Below are positions 1-8,894 of a DNA stretch of 64,000 nucleotides, one piece after another. A program made the position numbers and the translations under genes. Within the stretch, counting starts at the first letter, position 1. Each line of letters begins with the position of its first letter. Below the pieces are notes generated by a model, which was not told where the DNA came from, did not search any database, and saw only the letters and a program-made list of their open reading frames with translations. The DNA is from Candidatus Sumerlaeaceae bacterium (GTDB lineage: Bacteria; Sumerlaeota; Sumerlaeia; Sumerlaeales; Sumerlaeaceae): NCBI GenBank assembly GCA_051003195.1, contig JBPCLP010000030.1, positions 40,748 to 104,747 on the forward strand. Reading direction: 5' to 3'.

Positions 1-1
1 G

Positions 2-253
2 CGCTGGAAGGTCTACCTCGTGGCGTCCCTTGAGGCACGCGTGCAGCGGCGGTACCACCAGTACGAACTGCAGGGCCGCGAAGTCGACCGGGATGAGTTG
101 CGCCGCGATGTGGTCGAGCGCGACGAGCGAGATCGGAACCGCCCGCAGGGAGCGCTGAAGCTCGCATCCGACGCGATGATTTTCGATACGACCGACATCC
201 CGCTGGATGAAGTGGTGGATACCCTTGCCGGGATGATTGCCTGTTGCCCGTAA
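2..253 (+). CDS. cmk: Cytidylate kinase, C-terminal part (5'-truncated by window edge)
   Basis: Frame open from base 2: WKVYLVASLEARVQRR...RDERDRNRPQGALKLASDAMIFDTT, a typical Cmk C-terminus; followed by plsC as commonly seen. Confidence 0.9.
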   Translation, partial: RWKVYLVASLEARVQRRYHQYELQGREVDRDELRRDVVERDERDRNRPQGALKLASDAMIFDTTDIPLDEVVDTLAGMIACCP

Positions 254-266
254 CCTCGCCTTCTAA

Positions 267-929
267 ATGATGGCTTCTGAATTGCCGGTGCCCGAGTCGA
301 ACTGGTTTTACAGCTTCATGCGGGCGCTGATCGTCGCCTTCAACAAACTGTACTTCCGGCTGGAGCACCATGGCGCCGACCACACGCCGGTCACGGGGCC
401 CGTGCTGCTGGTGGCTAACCACGCGAGCAACCTCGACCCGACGACGATCGCCTGCGGGCTGCCCCGGCAGGTGCACTTCCTTGCGAAGGATGAGCTGTTC
501 AAGGGCCTGCCCGGCCGATTCCTTCGCCGGGTGAACGCCCATCCAATTAACCGCAGCGGTGTGGACCGCGCGGCGCTGCAGCTATGCGTCGACCTTGTTC
601 GGCAGGGGCACATGCTCCTGATGTTTCCTGAGGGCACCCGTACTAAAAACGGGCGGCTGCAGGAAGCGAAGGCCGGCGCGGCGATGATCGCCAGCCAGGC
701 GCAGGCGTGGATCCTGCCGGTGTACATCGACGGCACCTGGAAAGCGATGTCGAAGGAAGCCGTTTTTCCACGCCCGGTGAAGGTCCGGGTGATTGTCGGG
801 AAGCCGTTTCTCTACGACGATGGTATCGACCAAAAGCTGCCGAACCGTGAGCGCTATGATGTGCTGGGCAAGAAGATGATGTCGCGGATCGCGGAGCTGG
901 AGCAGCAGGCTATTGTTAAAAAACCATAA
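267..929 (+). CDS. plsC: 1-acyl-sn-glycerol-3-phosphate acyltransferase
   Basis: NHASNLD (HX4D) and FPEGTR motifs; cmk-plsC order. Confidence 0.92.
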   Translation: MMASELPVPESNWFYSFMRALIVAFNKLYFRLEHHGADHTPVTGPVLLVANHASNLDPTTIACGLPRQVHFLAKDELFKGLPGRFLRRVNAHPINRSGVDRAALQLCVDLVRQGHMLLMFPEGTRTKNGRLQEAKAGAAMIASQAQAWILPVYIDGTWKAMSKEAVFPRPVKVRVIVGKPFLYDDGIDQKLPNRERYDVLGKKMMSRIAELEQQAIVKKP

Positions 930-1084
930 CCACAGAGACACAGAGGCACAGAGAACAGCGCACAGAGAATGCCGCCGCAGATATGCGGCTGCGGCGGCTG
1001 AGCTCTGCATTCACTGCTAAATTCGATTACTGCTATTTCCGCTCTGTGTTCCTGTGTTCCTGTGTGCCTCTGTGTCTCTGTGGT
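929..1084. repeat. Palindromic intergenic element built from CACAGAG-type units
   Basis: Perfect 22-bp inverted repeat ACCACAGAGACACAGAGGCACA (929-950) / TGTGCCTCTGTGTCTCTGTGGT (1063-1084), plus an internal GCCGCCGCAG...CTGCGGCGGC hairpin; lies between convergent plsC and leuA. Confidence 0.85.
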
Positions 1085-1092
1085 GAAACTTA

Positions 1093-2733
1093 TCACATTC
1101 CGGTTTTGGGCACGGCTAGTTCGGCTTCGATGTTTTCGCGCATGGCGATTACTTTGTTGATGGCCTTGAGGTAGGCCTTTGCGCTCGCGACAACCACATC
1201 GGTGCTGGCGCCGCGGGCCTTGATGGTGCGGCCGTTGTGCTCGATGACGACGGTGACCTGGCCGAGCGCATCGCGCCCGCCCGTCACCGCTTCCAGTGAG
1301 TATTCATGCAGCGGCGCGTCGATGCCCGTGATGCGCTGGATGGCTTTCATGGCCGCGTCCACCGGCCCGTCGCCGACGCTGGCATCCATCGTCACTTCGT
1401 CGCCGCGGCGCAGCTTCACCGTCGCCGTCGGCACCGCATCGGTCCCGCTGGTGAAGCCGAGGTAATCGAGATGATAGACCTCGTCCTGCTCCGTCACCTC
1501 GTCCTCTACAATTGCGTAAAGGTCCTCGTCGAAAATATCCTTCTTCTTGTCGCAGAGGTCCTTAAAGCGAACGAACGCGCGGTTGATGTCGTCGTCTGAG
1601 AGATGGTCGTAGCCCAACTGGTACAGGCGCGTTTTGAAAGCGTGCCGCCCGGAATGCTTGCCCATGACCATGCTTTCGCCCGTCCATCCGACGTCTTCCG
1701 GGCGCATGATCTCGTAGGTGGTCTTGTCCTTGAGCATGCCGTCCTGGTGAATGCCCGCCTCGTGGGCGAACGCGTTCGCGCCGACAATTGCCTTGTTGCG
1801 CTGCACCTTCATCCCCGTGATCTTACTGACGAGCCGTGACGTGCGGTAGATTTCCTCGGTCTTGATGTTCGTCGTCACACCGTAGAAGTCGCGGCGGATT
1901 TTGAGGTTCATCACAACCTCCTCGAGCGATGCATTGCCTGCACGCTCGCCAATGCCGTTAATAGTGCACTCCACCTGTCGCGCACCACCACGAACCCCCG
2001 CGAGGCTGTTGGCCACCGCCATGCCAAGGTCGTTGTGGCAATGAACGCTGAAGATCGCCAGGTGCGAATTGGGCACCTTGCTGCGGACGTACTCAAAGCA
2101 CTGGCCGTACTGCCACGGCGCCGTGTATCCCACCGTGTCTGGGATGTTGATCGTGGTGGCACCGGCCTCGATGGTGGCGTTGACGATATCGACAATGTAA
2201 TCCCAATCGGTGCGGCCGGCATCCTCGCATGAGAACTCCACGTTATCGGTGTATGTGCGCGCGAGTTTCACCGCGTTGACGGCGTTCTCGATTACCTGCT
2301 CCTTCGTCATGCGCAGCTTTTTATCGAGGTGAATCTGGCTGGTCGCGATGAACGTGTGAATGCGCCGCTTCGGTGCCTTTGCGATGGCTTCGCCGCAGCG
2401 GATCACGTCCTTTTCGATGGCGCGGGCAAGACCGCAGATGACAGGTCCGCGCACTTCCTCGGCGATGGCGGAAACGGATTCGAAGTCCCCCTGCGAGGAA
2501 ATGGGAAAACCGGCTTCAATGATGTCGACGCCAAGGCGTGCGAGCTGGTGGGCTATCTCCAGCTTTTCCTTCAGGTTCATCGTCGCGCCGGGCGATTGCT
2601 CACCATCGCGAAGCGTCGTGTCGAAAATCACCACGTGATCTGATTGCGGATTGCGGATTGCGGATTGCGGAGTACTTTCTGAATGCGGATTGTGGATTGC
2701 GGATTCCGGAATTCGTTTGGTTTTGTCGCTCAT
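1093..2733 (-). CDS. leuA: 2-isopropylmalate synthase
   Basis: [34 protein letters not shown] and the C-terminal regulatory GDGPVDA motif; GGAG RBS before ATG 2733. Confidence 0.97.
   Translation of the reverse strand: MSDKTKRIPESAIHNPHSESTPQSAIRNPQSDHVVIFDTTLRDGEQSPGATMNLKEKLEIAHQLARLGVDIIEAGFPISSQGDFESVSAIAEEVRGPVICGLARAIEKDVIRCGEAIAKAPKRRIHTFIATSQIHLDKKLRMTKEQVIENAVNAVKLARTYTDNVEFSCEDAGRTDWDYIVDIVNATIEAGATTINIPDTVGYTAPWQYGQCFEYVRSKVPNSHLAIFSVHCHNDLGMAVANSLAGVRGGARQVECTINGIGERAGNASLEEVVMNLKIRRDFYGVTTNIKTEEIYRTSRLVSKITGMKVQRNKAIVGANAFAHEAGIHQDGMLKDKTTYEIMRPEDVGWTGESMVMGKHSGRHAFKTRLYQLGYDHLSDDDINRAFVRFKDLCDKKKDIFDEDLYAIVEDEVTEQDEVYHLDYLGFTSGTDAVPTATVKLRRGDEVTMDASVGDGPVDAAMKAIQRITGIDAPLHEYSLEAVTGGRDALGQVTVVIEHNGRTIKARGASTDVVVASAKAYLKAINKVIAMRENIEAELAVPKTGM
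2642..2713. repeat. GATTGCG heptamer tandem repeat inside the leuA 5' coding region
   Basis: (GATTGCG)x4 then GAATGCG GATTGTG GATTGCG GATTCCG; translates as [24 protein letters not shown]. Confidence 0.9.
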
Positions 2734-2949
2734 ATTGTCTCCAGTGTGGCGTAGGACGGGTTCTTACGATGATGGACTACGGTTGGCGTTAGATGCTGGA
2801 CACTGTCCAGCCACACAGCGACAATCGTGGCTTTTCCGACGCACTGGGGATGCGTTGATCCGGGGTATTGTCTGATATGGTCGACATTGGGCTCATCAGG
2901 CTTAAGTATCAAAAATCCGTTAAACATAACTTCTTTTGCAGCAACCCTT

Positions 2950-2993
2950 AAAACAAAATCCCCGCGGTCCCGTGTTACCGGGATCGCGGGGAC
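2950..2993 (-). terminator. T-box intrinsic terminator
   Basis: Minus strand TCCCCGCGATCCCGG-TAAC-ACGGGACCGCGGGGA-TTTTGTTTT. Confidence 0.85.
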
Positions 2994-3290
2994 GAAAGTT
3001 TGATTTCGTGGTACCACCCTGCTTTGCATGGAGTTCATTCAAGTTCAAGTGGTAATTTCGCCACTTGAATACCGGGAGCGAAGTCGCAGCTTAACTGCGA
3101 GCCGCGCGCTCCATGCCTTGATTCGCCGCTAACGCGGGCGGTTGCGTCCGGGGCTGGCGCCTAAGGCGGTTCACTCCGGCGGCTCAGAGGCGAGTTCGGG
3201 AAGGTCGTCCACCGCTTTGCACCACTTCAGCGGCTCTCTCCAGGTACGCACCTGCTCCCTACTACTCCTCGTCGTTGCCTTTAAAAGTTG
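2950..3290 (-). ncRNA. T-box riboswitch (Leu, specifier CUC) upstream of leuA
   Basis: Minus strand shows AGTAG, AGAGAG and GGTGCAA stem-I motifs, GAA-CTC specifier (3192-3194), CCGCGTTAGCGG (stem IIA/B-like), T-box AGGGTGGTACCACG (3007-3020), antiterminator partner CGTCCCC, and a terminator hairpin with U-tract. Confidence 0.92.
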
Positions 3291-3482
3291 GAAAAGAACG
3301 TTGGCGGCACATACCAGAAATGCTGTATGCTATTCTAAACCTCCCCGGAAGCGAAATCTTGTCATGCAATTAGAGCCTGAACCGGGTTAAAAACTTAGTA
3401 AGAAGCTGCAATTTTTGTTGAACAATGTCCACGGCGCCATATACAACTTCATACTTAACCTACTCTCGTACGGAGGACAGTC

Positions 3483-4430
3483 TTGAAAACTGGAATTTGC
3501 GTTTTAGCAACCGCGGCCCTGGCAGGCGTTACTGGCCTGGCTCCCGCCGCAGTACTGTATCAGACTAACTTTGAAGTCAGCCCGGCAGCCAACTTCACGA
3601 CTGCCATCAGCAACGCTCCTGATACCGAAGCCGACTACAACTACAACTATGCAACGTGGGTACCTACCGCCCCGACGGCTGGTATTACTTCAATTACGCT
3701 GGCCCCGAATTCGACGGCAGGCGGTACCCGCGCCCTGAAGATGCGCGCCAACTTTGACGCGACGGGCACCAACGAAGGCGTAACCGCTTACCTGACGCCC
3801 TCCGCGGGCCTGACCAGCTGGAGCCTGACATTCGACGCGTTCCAGTTGTGGAATGGGCCGGACGCCGGATCAGCAACTGGATCGACCACAGGCTTTACCA
3901 TGGGCAATGCCAACCCTGCCACCCCCATGTACAGCGGCGCGACAACCTTCAACGGCTGGTTCCTGCTCTTCACGGGCGAGGGTGGCCAGGGCACAAGCGG
4001 TGACGCTCGCTATTACTCCGGCACCAACGCTGCCCCGATAAGCGCGAACACCACACCGAACTGGGCCATCAATGGCGGCACAACCCTGGACCCGAACTAC
4101 CCCGGTGCAGTTGGTACGTGGGACTCCATCTTTACGGCGGGCGGCGGCTACAATCCGGCCGGCACCCCCGGCCGCCAGTGGGTCACATGGGAACTGATCG
4201 CGAAGGACGGTTCGGTAAAGGTCAGCGTTACGCCTGTAGGTGGCGTGAAGACGCAGATTGCCAACTGGATCCAGGCTGCAAACCAGACCATCGGTCTCGG
4301 TTTCTGGGACTTCAATACTGGTTCGGTTGCCAATCCGCCAGTCGACAACTTTGTGCTGGTCGATAACCTTAAGCTGGAGACAGCACCGGTTACTCCGGCC
4401 GCAGTGAGCGAGTGGAGCTTGTTCCAGTAA
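3483..4430 (+). CDS. Secreted beta-rich protein with C-terminal EW motif (...AAVSEWSLFQ)
   Basis: TTG start after GGAGGA; Sec signal peptide; G/T/A/N-rich body; C-terminal motif shared with paralogue-independent ORFs. Confidence 0.85.
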   Translation: MKTGICVLATAALAGVTGLAPAAVLYQTNFEVSPAANFTTAISNAPDTEADYNYNYATWVPTAPTAGITSITLAPNSTAGGTRALKMRANFDATGTNEGVTAYLTPSAGLTSWSLTFDAFQLWNGPDAGSATGSTTGFTMGNANPATPMYSGATTFNGWFLLFTGEGGQGTSGDARYYSGTNAAPISANTTPNWAINGGTTLDPNYPGAVGTWDSIFTAGGGYNPAGTPGRQWVTWELIAKDGSVKVSVTPVGGVKTQIANWIQAANQTIGLGFWDFNTGSVANPPVDNFVLVDNLKLETAPVTPAAVSEWSLFQ

Positions 4431-4461
4431 GATTCGAATCACAAACTTTGTGTTGTTTCAT

Positions 4462-4493
4462 CCCCCCGCCCTTTTGGGCGGGGGTTTTGTTTT
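4462..4493 (+). terminator. Intrinsic terminator
   Basis: CCCCCGCCC-TTTT-GGGCGGGGG followed by TTTTGTTTT. Confidence 0.85.
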
Positions 4494-4598
4494 GCGCGTG
4501 CTTTGCGGACAGCTTAAGGATCTTCGGCACTGTTTATGCTCGTGAACGTTGCGGCTTCATCAGGTAGACCAGAACAACAGGTGAGGAGCTCGTGCCCG

Positions 4599-5276
4599 AT
4601 GAGAATCTTATTGTGCCTTGTTACAGCCTGTCTGGTCGGCGGGTGCACCAGTAATGAGAACAACACAAATGCTCAAGCAGACCCGGAAGAAAAAGACAAG
4701 GCGCCAAGGGTGGTGGCCAGGGCACGTGAGACGCGCAGGGCCCCCACGCAAATAACAAAGCCGGTCGGGCAACCGCCCGTATCGGTAACCGAAGGCGTGA
4801 CTTCCGCTTTGGCCGCGCAGGTCGGTCCATCAAGTACACCAGGCACACCGGAAACTGCGCCGGCAGCCTCGCCCACGAGGCCTGCGCAGACTGGCACGCC
4901 TGTGTCGACGCCAACCTTGTACGCCCTGACCCCGACACCGGTAAGCAGTTCGCACGGCGCCAACATCCTCGCGGGACGCCGCATGACCCCCGCCGGCGGC
5001 GCTGGTCCGCAGCTTGGCGGATCGGAGCCAAAAGAATTGCAGATTTCGGAAAAGGAGCCCCTGCAGTTGTATGGCTATAATCTGCGCGGGTGCACCGTAA
5101 AAGCGCAAGCTGCCGACGCAGAACCGATCCAGTTGAGGGCCGAAGCGACTTCGAACGAGGAACTGACCATCGCTCCACAAGAATGGGAGAAACTAAAGGT
5201 GGGCAGCTATACCATTACCGTGACGAACAACCGAGGCGAGGCCGCGCAACTTGGATACACGCTGTACGTGCAGTAG
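4599..5276 (+). CDS. Lipoprotein with Pro/Thr-rich linker and C-terminal Ig/TIG-like beta domain
   Basis: MRILLCLVTACLVGG-C lipobox; GAGGAG RBS; ends GSYTITVTNNRGE...LYVQ. Confidence 0.75.
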   Translation: MRILLCLVTACLVGGCTSNENNTNAQADPEEKDKAPRVVARARETRRAPTQITKPVGQPPVSVTEGVTSALAAQVGPSSTPGTPETAPAASPTRPAQTGTPVSTPTLYALTPTPVSSSHGANILAGRRMTPAGGAGPQLGGSEPKELQISEKEPLQLYGYNLRGCTVKAQAADAEPIQLRAEATSNEELTIAPQEWEKLKVGSYTITVTNNRGEAAQLGYTLYVQ

Positions 5277-5512
5277 GCGCAGAATCACAGCGATACGGGG
5301 ATATTATCCTTCGGTTCGGCACAGTAGTGTGGGTGTACGTGTCGTGGAATTCATTGGCAGCTTCTGTGAGCGCGGGTCATTAAATTCCGCATCGAGCTGC
5401 GGTTCGCAATCGATGTGTGTGCCTTTTCGTTCACTAAAACAGAAGCCCCCGGTCCTACGCCGACCGGCAGCTTTGAGACTGAGCATGCGCTCAGTAGCCA
5501 TTAAGCTCGATG

Positions 5513-5985
5513 CTATTGCAGCAGCGACCATTCGGCGATGCCCGCGGTAACGGGAGGCTCATCAGCGCCAGGCAGCGCACCTGTGGCTGGGCGTGCATTG
5601 TCGTGCACGTCGAACAGCGGGGCTGATGCGGCGACCGTAGTCAGGCCACCGACCGGCTTGCTGGCGAAGTGGAGTGTAGCATCCCACGCAGGGGTGCTTG
5701 CCGGGTCAACGCTCTGGCCGCCGACGTTATACCCAGCACCAGACAGTGCCGCCTGATCTGCGTAGGGTGCGGTGCCTGCCTGGGCGAACACCGCAGTGCT
5801 GCCGGCCTTCACCAGGTCGTTGCCGACAATATTGCCAGCAGGTATTGTGGCGGAGCTGGCATACAGTACGATGCCAGGAAGGTAACTCTCGGCGGCGGTC
5901 AGTGTGCCATTTGACAACAAACCAGTTAACCGTATTGTTGGTCATCACGTACGTACCGGGCGCGCCGGCCAGAGATTGGTAACAA
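5513..5985 (-). pseudogene. 5'-truncated, frameshifted paralogue of the 6049-7692 protein (retains ...AGIAEWSLLQ)
   Basis: Clear similarity to the 6049 C-terminus (GNDLVKAG/GNNLVKAG, GGQSVDP, ARPAT..PGADEPP); apparent frameshift near 5920; no start codon or signal peptide; begins right after the upstream gene's terminator. Confidence 0.75.
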
Positions 5986-6022
5986 AAAAAAATCGGGGAG
6001 CCGGTTGGCCGGCCCCCCGATT
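5983..6022 (-). terminator. Intrinsic terminator of the 6049-7692 gene
   Basis: Minus strand AATCGGGGGGCCGG-CCAA-CCGGCTCCCCGA-TTTTTTTTT. Confidence 0.85.
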
Positions 6023-6048
6023 GGGGTTCATGCATTTGTAAAGAGCTG

Positions 6049-7692
6049 TTACATCAGGCTCCACTCGAATACGTTGGCCAAGGATGGCGGTTCGTCTGCA
6101 CCCGGTGTTGCATTGGTTGCAGGCCGTGCGTCGCCATCGATGTCGGTCAGCACAGTCGAGCTCGCTACTGGCTGCATACCGAACGGCTTGTTCGCAAAGC
6201 GCAGTTCGCTGTTCCAGGGTGGCACGGTCGTGGTAGGATCGACGCTCTGTCCACCGGTAGCCGTGAGATCGAATCCCGCAGCCTGCCAGGAAGCGAGGTC
6301 AGGATACCCAGTGCCGCCGACGATGCCTACGTGGCTTGTCGGGCCGGCCTTGACGAGGTTGTTGCCAGACGAGGTCAATGGGCCGCTTGCAAGGGAGATG
6401 ACCGCAGCGGTGGTACCCGTAGCGTCCGTGCGCAGGATGTTGTTTCGGATGTTGAAGCTGCCACCCGGGTTGGTTGCTACGCGTCCGACAATGGCGCCGA
6501 CCTGCTGGCTGGCAAGCCCGAGCGAGTTGGTCGATTTAACATCAATCGAGTTGTGCTCGATATTATATACCGAGCCCGGGGAGGCCATTGAAATGCCCAT
6601 CAGGGTTCCAGACTGCGTTGTTGCCTGAGTAATGGACGACTTGATCGCGTTGTTGCGGATGTTGAACGTTCCGGTGGTGAGCGCATCGATAAAGATGGAG
6701 TTCAAGCCCTGCCCGGCGATTGACGGGAGGTTTTCAACCCGAATGTCGTTATCAGCATAGGTATGCGTCCAGCCGGTCGTGGTGTTGTTGTTTAACGGGA
6801 AAATTGCCGTATACACAAAGCCGGCGGTGGAAAGGGACGAGCCGATTGTGAAATTGTTGCGCGCCACGGTGGTGGAACCAATTCCATTCAGGAACACGCC
6901 ACGCTGACGGACAAAAAAGTCATTGTCGGTAATGGTAAGGTTATTCACCGCGCCTGCGCCTGCGGGAACCGTGCCGTTGCCGCCCAGACCGGTTTGAATA
7001 CCGAAGCCATTATTGCTGCTGGGTGAGTTAAAGAGGTTATTCGTGACAACGCCGTTATCCGGAATCACAGGGATGCCGCCGGGATTGTTGGCAAGGCCAC
7101 CCACAAAACGGACGCCAGCCACGCTGCCGGTGTTGTCGTTCATTTGCCAGATGGCGTTCTTTATGACCACTCCCTCGTTATCTCCGAAAACGCTCACCAT
7201 GTTGTTCTGGTTTCCGTTGCCGGTAACAAGGAACGTGAGGTCACGCGTTGTGCCACCAACGGTATTGGAGCCGTCGATGACGTAGTTATTATTTGAAGCG
7301 ACCACGGTAGCGCTGGTTGGTGCCGCAGCGCTCGAGGTGCCGATAACCATATGGCCGAAAACACCCGCACCCGCAACCAGGTTGGTGAAATGGATGATCG
7401 GAGTTGTGCCGACCGCAGGCTTGATCGTGAGCTTGCCACTGGCGCCAAAGGTGTTCCCGAAGAACGAGTTGGCCGTTTCCGATGTGCTGTTATTGATTTG
7501 CAGGGTCCAGTCACGGTTGATCCCGCCCGCAACCGCGCTGAAAGACGACGCGGCGTCGGCCAGCGAGATGTAATCCGCGGCCGTGCCTACCGTGGCGACA
7601 GCGGGGCCACCGGCCGAGTTATCGAATAGAGCTGCACATGCCGAACTTGCCAAACCCAAGCCCGCCAGCATTAAAATCACTCTTTTTTTCAT
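6049..7692 (-). CDS. Secreted protein, probable parallel beta-helix, C-terminal EW motif (...ANVFEWSLM)
   Basis: AAGGAG RBS; signal peptide MKKRVILMLAGLGLASSACA; recurring IxNN strands; DIDGDARP...PGADE tail. Confidence 0.85.
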   Translation of the reverse strand: MKKRVILMLAGLGLASSACAALFDNSAGGPAVATVGTAADYISLADAASSFSAVAGGINRDWTLQINNSTSETANSFFGNTFGASGKLTIKPAVGTTPIIHFTNLVAGAGVFGHMVIGTSSAAAPTSATVVASNNNYVIDGSNTVGGTTRDLTFLVTGNGNQNNMVSVFGDNEGVVIKNAIWQMNDNTGSVAGVRFVGGLANNPGGIPVIPDNGVVTNNLFNSPSSNNGFGIQTGLGGNGTVPAGAGAVNNLTITDNDFFVRQRGVFLNGIGSTTVARNNFTIGSSLSTAGFVYTAIFPLNNNTTTGWTHTYADNDIRVENLPSIAGQGLNSIFIDALTTGTFNIRNNAIKSSITQATTQSGTLMGISMASPGSVYNIEHNSIDVKSTNSLGLASQQVGAIVGRVATNPGGSFNIRNNILRTDATGTTAAVISLASGPLTSSGNNLVKAGPTSHVGIVGGTGYPDLASWQAAGFDLTATGGQSVDPTTTVPPWNSELRFANKPFGMQPVASSTVLTDIDGDARPATNATPGADEPPSLANVFEWSLM

Positions 7693-8086
7693 GTTCTGCT
7701 CCTTAAAAGTTTTTCCTGCCTGGGTGGCAGGGTTAAATCTATTTATATGATAATTCCGGGCTGATAGTTACTTCACCCAATTTTTAATTAAAATTGGACC
7801 TCCTTGGAGAGGGCTGGACCACCATGTGGGAAGTTGTTTTAATGAAGTGTTGGGGGAAATCAAGAGAAAAAGAAGGCAAGTGCTGCATTTTTGGTCGGTG
7901 CGGAGCGCATGGGGGGCGGGCGCGAGGTGCCGTGGTACGGGGCTTGGGTTGAAAGCCCTTCGGGGTTGGGCTTTTTGATGGCGTACCGTGGGTTAAACCA
8001 ACGGTACCAATCATCCCGCCACAAACGTATTGGGTTCTGGACCGCAAAGAATATTTGGGCCCAAAAGGAAATGTCTTGGCATCCAT

Positions 8087-8735
8087 ATCCCCGAAGGGGA
8101 TGAACATGAATAGCCGTGGGTGAAACCCACGGTAGCAATCACCCTTCGCCGAACCCCGAATGGGGTTCAACCCAGGGAGCGCCGCAATGTCCACATATAC
8201 CCAGATCTATTACCATATCGTCTTCAGCACCAAATTGCGCGCGCCGGTTTTGAACAGGCTCGACGACCGCGAAAAAATGCTGCGCTATATGTGGGGGGTC
8301 GCCACCGGTCAAAATTGCCACCTGTACCGAATTAACGCGGTTGAGGATCACGTGCACCTTCTTACCAGCCTGCATCCGACGGTGTGCCTTTCCGATTTCG
8401 TGAAAAATCTTAAAGTGGCGACGACGGTCTGGATCAAGGAGAACGGTTTGTTTCGAAATTTTTCAGGGTGGCAGGACGGATATGGTGCGTTTACGTGCGG
8501 CCATTCCGATAAGGACGATGTAATAGAATACATTAAAACCCAGGTTGAGCACCACAAGCGGGTTAGTTTTGTGGACGAATATCGGGCGATGTTAAAAGCG
8601 GCGGGGATTGCGTTTGATGAGAAGTATCTGAACTGAAGCGGGGGAGTGTTGTTGAACCCCGTTAGGGGTTCGGGCTTTTTGGTTGGGTACCGTGGGTTTC
8701 ACCCACGGCTATTCATGTTCATCCCCTTCGGGGAT
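8087..8735 (+). mobile_element. IS200/RAYT-type Y1 transposase locus bounded by perfect 48-bp inverted palindromic repeats
   Basis: 8087-8134 is the exact reverse complement of 8688-8735; each arm has CCCCGAAGGGG and CCGTGGG-TGAAA-CCCACGG hairpins; inner GAACCCC..GGGGTTC hairpins; a degenerate copy at ~7945-8008. Confidence 0.8.
8187..8636 (+). CDS. tnpA: IS200/IS605-family (HUH, Y1) transposase, REP-associated type
   Basis: YYHIVFSTK, DHVHLL (HUH), WQDGYGAF, YIKTQVEHH (catalytic Tyr). Confidence 0.92.
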   Translation: MSTYTQIYYHIVFSTKLRAPVLNRLDDREKMLRYMWGVATGQNCHLYRINAVEDHVHLLTSLHPTVCLSDFVKNLKVATTVWIKENGLFRNFSGWQDGYGAFTCGHSDKDDVIEYIKTQVEHHKRVSFVDEYRAMLKAAGIAFDEKYLN

Positions 8736-8894
8736 GTTTCAGGCGACGTCGCGGGTGCTCTTGCGTCCATTAAACGCGTCGGTGTGGGGGAGCGCACCGG
8801 CCAGGATGGGGGCGGGCGATTAAGAATTGGGTTGCCGTGGCGGGTGATGGGCTTACCTCTTCTTCAAGCTGAGGTGCTGAAGGGATACATAAGA

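Noticed and set aside
2880..2905. Hammerhead ribozyme (CTGATGAG on the minus strand)
   Set aside because: No properly placed GAAA core or flanking stems were found.
2730..3390. ORFs 2730-3038 and 3142-3390 as proteins or leader peptides
   Set aside because: They overlap the T-box RNA, which explains the region.
8646..8894. N-terminal extension of the 8646-9557 ORF
   Set aside because: It runs through the transposase right-end repeat; the lipoprotein signal starts at 8895.
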